From contig CAYNQI010000001.1 in NCBI GenBank assembly GCA_964399335.1, positions 1 to 11,478 of the forward strand: a stretch of 11,478 nt of DNA, read 5' to 3'. This DNA comes from an uncultured Thermoplasmata archaeon. GTDB lineage: Archaea; Thermoplasmatota; Thermoplasmata; Halarchaeoplasmatales; Halarchaeoplasmataceae. The position numbers and the translations under genes were made by a program. Shown here in pieces: positions 1 to 5,976 of the stretch (position 1 is the stretch's first letter; every line of letters starts with the position of its first letter). The notes under the pieces are model-generated. The model was given only the letters and a program-made list of their open reading frames with translations. It had not been told where the DNA came from and did not search any database.

Positions 1-23
1 TATCCAGACTAGGCCACACGCCC
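1..23 (-). tRNA. 5' end (nt 1-23) of a tRNA gene truncated by the window edge, probably tRNA-Arg
   Basis: The minus strand from 23 to 1 reads GGGCGTG TG GCCT AGTCTGGATA: a 7-nt acceptor strand, T8-G9, D-stem GCCT and a D-loop with G18-G19-A20. This matches the archaeal tRNA-Arg pattern, and A20 is an Arg identity element. The anticodon lies outside the window, so the isotype is inferred. Confidence 0.75.
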
Positions 24-50
24 TGGTTGTTTTGTTGTGGACTGGTGTGG

Positions 51-58
51 ATATAAAA
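51..58 (-). promoter_or_regulatory. Putative TATA box of the edge tRNA
   Basis: The minus strand reads TTTTATAT, ending 28 nt upstream of tRNA position 1 (base 23), which is typical archaeal spacing. There is no convincing BRE. Confidence 0.55.
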
Positions 59-79
59 GGAATCTTTGATTCCTAGGCA

Positions 80-90
80 TATCCAGACTA
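80..90 (-). repeat. Exact copy of tRNA nt 13-23 (D-loop)
   Basis: Plus strand 80..90 TATCCAGACTA is identical to 1..11. Confidence 0.9.
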
Positions 91-91
91 T

Positions 92-119
92 ATTCAAGGG
101 CATCATGATGGCCTTGAAT
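92..119. repeat. 28-bp near-perfect palindrome
   Basis: ATTCAAGG-G-CATCATGATG-G-CCTTGAAT is self-complementary except for the 100/111 pair. Confidence 0.9.
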
Positions 120-124
120 GTTCG

Positions 125-145
125 GGGAAAATTTTTAATTTTCCC
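125..145. repeat. 9-bp stem hairpin
   Basis: GGGAAAATT (125-133), TTT loop, AATTTTCCC (137-145). Confidence 0.9.
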
Positions 146-149
146 AGTA

Positions 150-162
150 AGGCCACACGCTC
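150..162 (-). repeat. Copy of tRNA nt 1-13 (12/13 identical)
   Basis: Minus strand 162..150 GAGCGTGTGGCCT versus tRNA GGGCGTGTGGCCT. Plus strand 150..160 AGGCCACACGC is identical to 11..21. Confidence 0.9.
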
Positions 163-220
163 TTGATTTTGGGATTCTAGCAATAACAAGTGTTTTAGAT
201 AAGTCTTACGCCCTGCTATT

Positions 221-3200
221 TCACCTATACCGCTTATATTTGAATGAGTCATATCCATATATTTGATTATACTCGTCGAGTGACACCTTCAAATTTTTAA
301 TATCTGATTTAGGCGTTTTAAAAACATTCCAGACCCCATAAGAGAGTAAAACAGATGTCATAATCAATAATGTTAAAAAGAGATAGGGATTGTAATAAAA
401 AACATAAAATGTTACCTCTTCAACTGCTATGTTCCCAGCTATATCAACAGCCCTAACCTCGACGACGTGTCTACCATTTTTAAGACCTTCAAAATCATAT
501 TCAGATTCATGACCTAATCTAATCCATTCCCCTCCATTTATCCGTATCTCATAATAATCGATAGATGATATCTGATTCTTACCATCCCATCTCACAACGA
601 CTTCGTCTGTATTGATCACGGAGTTAATCCTAGGCTCATTTATCTCTATCAGTGGTTTGATATTATCAACTGTAAAAAACACGGTATCATTCTGTTTTTG
701 ACCGGCATTATCAAAAACTTCTACATAGATTAAGTTCCTTCCATTACTTAAGCCAGTCAACTCATACTTGGTCAGATTCCCTACATCTACCCACTCAGCC
801 CCTTCTACACGAATTCGATGTTCTCGTTTCCCGATGCCCCCTTCGGAGTTCCAGCGAACTATTTGAGAATGACTATTAAGATAAGTATCATTTTCAGGAT
901 ATTTTATATTGATTTCCATGTGAGTGTACGGTTCAATGAGAGGATACTGATCGATAAAACCGTTTCCTTCATAAGGATCATCTGCTATACCGTCACTACC
1001 CGATTTATTCTGACCCGGACCTGAATATAGATCTTTACTTTCATGTTCTGTCCAATAATTCCCACCTTCGGGATAACCTTTATACCACCTATTTTCATGC
1101 CCTGTATCTCTACCCGGACCAAACTCACTCTCAAAGAAGTTATTATGGTAAATTGTATTTTTTCGTGAATTGAATAGTAAGCTCACACCTCTATTACAAC
1201 CAATAAACTCGTTAATAAAAATCACATTACTCTTAGATTCCACAAGGATTAAGCCGTAACTATCATTCAAAAAGGTGCTGTATGAGATATGATTTTTATT
1301 CGAATAAAATAATGTTATACTTTGAGTATTATCAACAGAATTAATGTTTTTTAATAAGTTATGATTAGAGTCCCGTAAGTAAATACCCCATGAGTTGTTG
1401 TAAAGTGATACATTATCTAAGGTATTGTTATTAGAAAATCCCATAGTAATAGCGTCCCCTATCTTTGAGAAGTTCTGATCTTTTATTGTAACTCCGGTAC
1501 AATTTGCAAGTATGATCTGACCAGCATCAAAAGGTACTGTCCCCTCTGTCTTATTACTCCAATAATAAACCGGGGCACCATTCACTAAATTATCTGCATC
1601 GATAAGATGGGTGTTCCAATACTCCAATTCTATACCATCCAACATTATACCGGCATTTACCATATTATTAAATTTAAGTGTGTTTCTCCTAGAGTTCAGT
1701 ATCGCTATAGCATAACTACTATCGGATATATAATTCCCAAGTAATAATGTATGGTTAGAGCCATATACTCTAATTCCATTAATTTCGTTACGTAGAGCAA
1801 TGTTAGATAATATCTCATTATTGTCTGATAAAAATGAATATATCCCGATTAGATTATTAGAAACGGTGTTGTTAGAAAGTGTGTTATAATCGGAAAAAGC
1901 TAAGGTTATTCCAATAGAAGCATTATGTATTGTTTGGCCCTTAACAGATATTTCAGTACAATTTACCAGTATGATCTGACCAGCACCTGACGGTACAGTT
2001 CCACCTTTTCGGTCCGCCCAGTAATATATCGGATCGCTTTTAACCGTATTTGTAGTATCTATAGAATGCGAGTTCCAGTATTTCAATTCGTTCCCCGAAA
2101 TCATAACTCCTGAATTATCCAAATTATTTTGTTTAAGACCTGAATTTAAAGAATTAATAAGAGATATCCCGATATCATTCTTAGTACCTATATTGTTTTT
2201 TAAAATATTGTCCTGAGAACTCCAAATACTCAAAAAGATTGTGTTGTTAAATCCTTTATTTTCAATAATGGTACAATTATGGGAGAAAAATAAATCTATA
2301 CCATATACATTTTCTGATAGATTGTTTTCCTCAAGATAGATATTATTTGAGGCAGATACTAGTAATCCTACATAATTATCGATAAATCTATTCGATTTAA
2401 ATGTATGATTTCTACCCCCATAAGCAAAAGTACCATAGATATTTTTTGAAAACTCATTAGAACTAACGAAACTATGATGCGATTGTATAAGTAGAAGACC
2501 GTCAAAAACATCCTCTATTTTGTTTTGAATCAATTCAGTATAGTTAGACCTTTCAATTAACAACCCATATCGATTACCAAATATGTGGTTTCCTTTGAGA
2601 GTGTTTCTGTTAGATGAATATAATCTCATACCATAAGGATTGTCAGTAAGATTATTTTCAGCAATATTATTATGGTGGGAATCTCTTAAAGATAGACCCG
2701 CTTCTTTACCAATGGTGACATTTACAGTTTTTTCCTTTTCCCAATCTTCAACTCTAGCTATAAAGGTCAATTCTACGTCACCATGTACTTCAGGATACCA
2801 CTTCCCAGAATAATATCCATCATCTTCGACCTGGTCACATCCGATTCCATCATCTTCTAAATATATCGGATCTTCACCAGTACTAAATTTCACACTTATG
2901 TTAGCTCCTAAAATCGGATAAATACCGTCATTTAGAGAGACCATCACATTAGACTCTCTGAATACATCTCTTTGAGATCGATTACCCGGGGCATGGATCC
3001 ATAAATTTATTTCGTCATCTGGGGTCCTTGTTAAGGTTTTCGAGGCATTTATCCTCCCTGATGTCAAAGTCTTGTCTTCTAAGCTGTCCAGCCTGTCGAC
3101 TGAGGATATGATCATGTTTTTAATATGATTATAATCGTAGGCCCCATCTTTTGCTGATATCAGTGCAGCTAATCCAGAGACGTGTGGAGCCGCCATGGAG

Positions 3201-4894
3201 GTACCTGAAGAATACATATACGTGTTATCTGGGGCAGTACTGTTTATACGCTCTCCAGGGGCCCCTACATGAACACTATTAGCACCGTAGTTAGAAAAGC
3301 TTGTTCGGTTGTCTTCTTTAGAGGTAGCTCCAACTGATATTATATTGGTTAGTTCATAACTAGCCGGGTAAGATGGGTTTTCTTCAATATCCCTATTACT
3401 ATTTCCAGCAGCTGCAACAAATAGGATTCCTTCGTCTCTATGTTTTTCTATAGCCTCCATTAAGAGTCTGCTCTCGCTAGCACCACCCCAGCTATTACTC
3501 GTAGCTACTACATTGGTTCCTTCTCTTTTTCTTTCAAGAACATATTCCAAAGAGGCTATCGCGTCTGATATAGTACCTCTTCCTGTTTCATCGATGAATT
3601 TCAAGCTCATCAAACTGACGTTCCAGTTAACACCCACAACACCTAGATTATTGTTACCCACAGCCCCGATTGTCCCGGCTACGTGTGTACCATGACCGTG
3701 ATCATCCATGGGATAAAAAGAATCGTTAACGAAATTGTATCCGTGGGAACCATTATGATCCTCCCACATGTTAGCTTTCAGATCAGGGTGGGTGTAATCA
3801 ATGCCTGTATCTATTACAGCGATAACTATTTCTTCACTACCCGTGGTAACCTCCCAGGCACCCGGGGCATCGATAATCTGCATCCCCCAAAGAGATCCGT
3901 ATCCTGGGTCATTAGGTTCGTTCATCAGTTGGACTGTCCTGTCTAATTCAGCATACTCGACAAGCGGGTGATTTGATAAAACTTTCACAGCTGTTTCTGG
4001 GTCTACGCCTTTATCTAAATTCAATCGGCCCCCATTTATAAAAGTAAATACTCGATCCACCGAAAATTCTAGGTGATTATTTAGTCCTATAAGTTCGTTC
4101 CGGAGAAAACTTTCTTTTGAGTTTTGATTGATATTCTCCGGAATTTTAGAGGATTTGAATTTCACTAATACACTATTAATTTTGGAATCCTCATTTTCAA
4201 CTATCTCCTCACTATCCTGGATCGAATTCTCTGAGATAGTGTTGTTCTCAGCATCTAATAAAAAGATTCCCGGACCTATGTTCCCCATAATTGTGTTACC
4301 GTTTACTGTATTGTTCCAAGATTTTTGAATGTAGATGCCGTACCTATTATTTGTGATTGTATTGTTTTTTATTACACCATTAGTGGTATTATACAGATAT
4401 ATTCCACTATCCCTGAAGTACAAACGGCTATTACCTTCAGCATTATGTAGATAACAATTTTGGACCCTAAAGTTATACGTCACATTACCTATGTATATTG
4501 AATAACCCTCGTCAGCACCGTTAATGGCATAGTTTTCGATGATGAATGGTGCATAAGAACTACCGTTTCCAGGCCATTCCTGATCTTCTGCTAGATCCCT
4601 AAATTCATCATCTGAATCTACACGCACCGGCCTAATCCCCTCAAGATCAAAGGGTAATTGAGACGTATTTAGAGAATTATAACTGCGTTCCAGCCTTGAA
4701 CCATTCTCATACATCATCGGTACTCGATCAACTTCAGAATCAGATACACTAGAAGTTGATAGTATCGATGGATCAGAAATAGATTCGTACTCCTCAGTAC
4801 CATCGTCAACAGTGGTGTGCCTGAATGGTAGAGAAACTATACTAACTAATAGGATTGCTAATGCTATCATCACTGTTAGCTTGATATCTTTCAT
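221..4894 (-). CDS. Membrane-anchored S8 (subtilisin-family) serine peptidase with NosD/parallel beta-helix repeats and C-terminal Ig-like domains, 1557 aa
   Basis: The N-terminus is a hydrophobic signal. The catalytic motifs are intact: VIDTG (D362), HGTHVAG (H401), AAAGN (oxyanion N498) and GTSMAAPHV (S566). Many G[I/L]xLxxSxxNxIxxN beta-helix repeats lie on both sides of the protease. Two Ig-like repeats (IxxPxxxxxxN..VxW) precede a C-terminal TM helix (LFLTLLIMTSVLLSYGVWNVF). Confidence 0.93.
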   Translation of the reverse strand: MKDIKLTVMIALAILLVSIVSLPFRHTTVDDGTEEYESISDPSILSTSSVSDSEVDRVPMMYENGSRLERSYNSLNTSQLPFDLEGIRPVRVDSDDEFRDLAEDQEWPGNGSSYAPFIIENYAINGADEGYSIYIGNVTYNFRVQNCYLHNAEGNSRLYFRDSGIYLYNTTNGVIKNNTITNNRYGIYIQKSWNNTVNGNTIMGNIGPGIFLLDAENNTISENSIQDSEEIVENEDSKINSVLVKFKSSKIPENINQNSKESFLRNELIGLNNHLEFSVDRVFTFINGGRLNLDKGVDPETAVKVLSNHPLVEYAELDRTVQLMNEPNDPGYGSLWGMQIIDAPGAWEVTTGSEEIVIAVIDTGIDYTHPDLKANMWEDHNGSHGYNFVNDSFYPMDDHGHGTHVAGTIGAVGNNNLGVVGVNWNVSLMSLKFIDETGRGTISDAIASLEYVLERKREGTNVVATSNSWGGASESRLLMEAIEKHRDEGILFVAAAGNSNRDIEENPSYPASYELTNIISVGATSKEDNRTSFSNYGANSVHVGAPGERINSTAPDNTYMYSSGTSMAAPHVSGLAALISAKDGAYDYNHIKNMIISSVDRLDSLEDKTLTSGRINASKTLTRTPDDEINLWIHAPGNRSQRDVFRESNVMVSLNDGIYPILGANISVKFSTGEDPIYLEDDGIGCDQVEDDGYYSGKWYPEVHGDVELTFIARVEDWEKEKTVNVTIGKEAGLSLRDSHHNNIAENNLTDNPYGMRLYSSNRNTLKGNHIFGNRYGLLIERSNYTELIQNKIEDVFDGLLLIQSHHSFVSSNEFSKNIYGTFAYGGRNHTFKSNRFIDNYVGLLVSASNNIYLEENNLSENVYGIDLFFSHNCTIIENKGFNNTIFLSIWSSQDNILKNNIGTKNDIGISLINSLNSGLKQNNLDNSGVMISGNELKYWNSHSIDTTNTVKSDPIYYWADRKGGTVPSGAGQIILVNCTEISVKGQTIHNASIGITLAFSDYNTLSNNTVSNNLIGIYSFLSDNNEILSNIALRNEINGIRVYGSNHTLLLGNYISDSSYAIAILNSRRNTLKFNNMVNAGIMLDGIELEYWNTHLIDADNLVNGAPVYYWSNKTEGTVPFDAGQIILANCTGVTIKDQNFSKIGDAITMGFSNNNTLDNVSLYNNSWGIYLRDSNHNLLKNINSVDNTQSITLFYSNKNHISYSTFLNDSYGLILVESKSNVIFINEFIGCNRGVSLLFNSRKNTIYHNNFFESEFGPGRDTGHENRWYKGYPEGGNYWTEHESKDLYSGPGQNKSGSDGIADDPYEGNGFIDQYPLIEPYTHMEINIKYPENDTYLNSHSQIVRWNSEGGIGKREHRIRVEGAEWVDVGNLTKYELTGLSNGRNLIYVEVFDNAGQKQNDTVFFTVDNIKPLIEINEPRINSVINTDEVVVRWDGKNQISSIDYYEIRINGGEWIRLGHESEYDFEGLKNGRHVVEVRAVDIAGNIAVEEVTFYVFYYNPYLFLTLLIMTSVLLSYGVWNVFKTPKSDIKNLKVSLDEYNQIYGYDSFKYKRYR
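1509..1985. repeat. Intragenic duplication (about 153-aa unit) marked by an 18-bp identical segment
   Basis: AGTATGATCTGACCAGCA occurs at 1509..1526 and 1968..1985, 459 bp apart. The protein repeats are YWNSHSIDTTNTVKSDPIYYWADRKGGTVPSGAGQIILVNCT and YWNTHLIDADNLVNGAPVYYWSNKTEGTVPFDAGQIILANCT. Confidence 0.9.
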
Positions 4895-4965
4895 AAATTC
4901 TATATCGATTAACCTCGCCGGTAGGTTTTTTACTTTTTGGTGCCCAATAAGTCTGCTTCAACGTG

Positions 4966-4971
4966 AAAAAA
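4966..4971 (-). terminator. Possible archaeal oligo-T terminator
   Basis: A T6 tract on the minus strand starts 2 nt after the TAA stop at 4974..4976. Confidence 0.4.
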
Positions 4972-4973
4972 TT

Positions 4974-5792
4974 TTACTCGGTATCTTTTTCCTCTAAAAA
5001 ATTCTCCTCATCGCTAAGTATCCTACCACAGTATTCACAGTAACCTGACCCATCAGGATATATCTTGAATTCTTTACTGCTGCATTTAGGGCATACCTTC
5101 TTTAAAGGTGCTCCTTGATTTTCTGTTTCACTGTTCCTATCTGGAGTGACTGTCGCTACTTTTTTGTAACCTATAGACAATAAGAAATATCCAAGAGCTA
5201 TGACAAGAACCATCACCGATAGCGCCCTCAGTGTAGTCAACAACACATCGATCAGTTCAGCTCCCAATGGTATGAAATAAATACTCCAAATTATTCTCGA
5301 GAAAGACATAATTATCAAGAGGGCAGCACCGATATAAAGGTAATTTTTAGCTTTCTTCTTTGCGATATCATGTACCAAATAAACGAAAGCCAGTACATAA
5401 CATATCTGCTGTAGCATTTCTAATCCACCAGAAACCATCATAGAGTGCCTTAAGGCTTCTACGGATTCAAAATTCATGGAGGGGCTAGCTAAGCCAAAAA
5501 CGAAACCAAGAATGATTAGTACCACTGCCATATTGACATTCTTCTCATGCTGGAATGATACTTTCTTCGAACCTTTGTACAATTTATATATCCCGATCAG
5601 ATACAGTATACCTGCGATTATGGCGAGAACAGATAGAAAACATGTTGTGCTAGAAGGATCATCTACCGGATCAAAACTCCAATATAGAAAAAAGACCCCG
5701 ATAATTACATTGAAAAATATCGTAATATATAGACCATATCTCATTACATCTAATCCCATCTGGGTATCATCATCAAATCGTCCCTCGATCAT
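4974..5792 (-). CDS. Uncharacterised polytopic membrane protein (about 6 TM) with a C-terminal zinc ribbon, about 272 aa
   Basis: Six hydrophobic stretches are followed by CPKC-x15-CEYC and an acidic tail. The ORF track starts at 5867. I prefer Met26 (MIEGRFDD, ATG at 5792) because the upstream codons are AT-rich and contain a TATA-like AAATAAATA at about -30. Confidence 0.8.
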   Translation of the reverse strand: MIEGRFDDDTQMGLDVMRYGLYITIFFNVIIGVFFLYWSFDPVDDPSSTTCFLSVLAIIAGILYLIGIYKLYKGSKKVSFQHEKNVNMAVVLIILGFVFGLASPSMNFESVEALRHSMMVSGGLEMLQQICYVLAFVYLVHDIAKKKAKNYLYIGAALLIIMSFSRIIWSIYFIPLGAELIDVLLTTLRALSVMVLVIALGYFLLSIGYKKVATVTPDRNSETENQGAPLKKVCPKCSSKEFKIYPDGSGYCEYCGRILSDEENFLEEKDTE

Positions 5793-5811
5793 GGTGATCA
5801 GTTTGAAGATG

Positions 5812-5951
5812 TGGCGAAAGTATTTATTTGTTTTGACAGATAGTTTCAAAAAAAACAAGATAGGCATAATGCCTCTTTATAAGGTATGACCTAGGTAAAA
5901 ATCTAGGAGGAGATACCATATATATGGGGGCGAAAATATTATATTTCGCCA
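5812..5951. promoter_or_regulatory. Divergent promoter region with three TTTCGCC motifs and palindromes
   Basis: TTTCGCCA occurs on the minus strand at 5819..5812 and on the plus strand at 5944..5951, each directly after an AT-rich TATA-like box. GGCGAAA-N8-TTTCGCC forms an inverted repeat at 5929..5950. CCATATATATGG at 5916..5927 is a perfect palindrome. Confidence 0.5.
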
Positions 5952-5976
5952 AGGACATCACAATATTTATCTTAAT

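Larger units (their letters stand above)
43..90. repeat. Extended imperfect inverted repeat (hairpin)
   Basis: Inner stem AGGAATC (58-64) / GATTCCT (68-74) with a 3-nt loop. Outer stem GTGTGGATAT (45-54) / ATATCCAGAC (79-88) with one mismatch, extendable to 43/90. Confidence 0.85.

Noticed and set aside
90-149. Trans-acting hammerhead-type ribozyme core between two binding arms
   Set aside because: No single-stranded CUGANGA / GAAA core is present on either strand.
80-162. Intron-containing tRNA (intron at 12/13 or 13/14)
   Set aside because: Neither junction assignment gives a BHB central helix (TGGC versus GAAT, GTGG versus TGAA). Downstream of the D-loop copy there is no 5-bp/7-nt anticodon arm, T-arm or acceptor 3' strand.
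70-170. Box C/D guide sRNA for the tRNA on the plus strand
   Set aside because: ATGATGG (105..111) is only C-box-like and lies inside a palindrome. No CTGA D or D' box follows either complementary arm, and the spacing is too long for a canonical archaeal C/D sRNA.
43-220. CRISPR array or IS terminal inverted repeats
   Set aside because: There are no regularly spaced direct repeats of 23 nt or more, no long terminal inverted repeats with a target duplication, and no cas or transposase gene in the window.
66-266. 66-aa plus-strand ORF
   Set aside because: It overlaps the protease 3' end antisense and the hairpin region, and has no RBS or recognisable motif.
818-4997. Short plus-strand ORFs (818..1024, 3513..3695, 3683..3946, 4128..4328, 4812..4997)
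   Set aside because: They are antisense shadows of the long S8 gene with no family motifs.
5793-5867. N-terminal 25-codon extension of the membrane protein
   Set aside because: This stretch looks like promoter DNA (TATA-like box and TTTCGCCA motif). Met26 gives a more plausible N-terminus, though this is unproven.
5476-5889. 137-aa plus-strand ORF
   Set aside because: It is antisense to the 6-TM/zinc-ribbon gene, which has the more coherent protein features.
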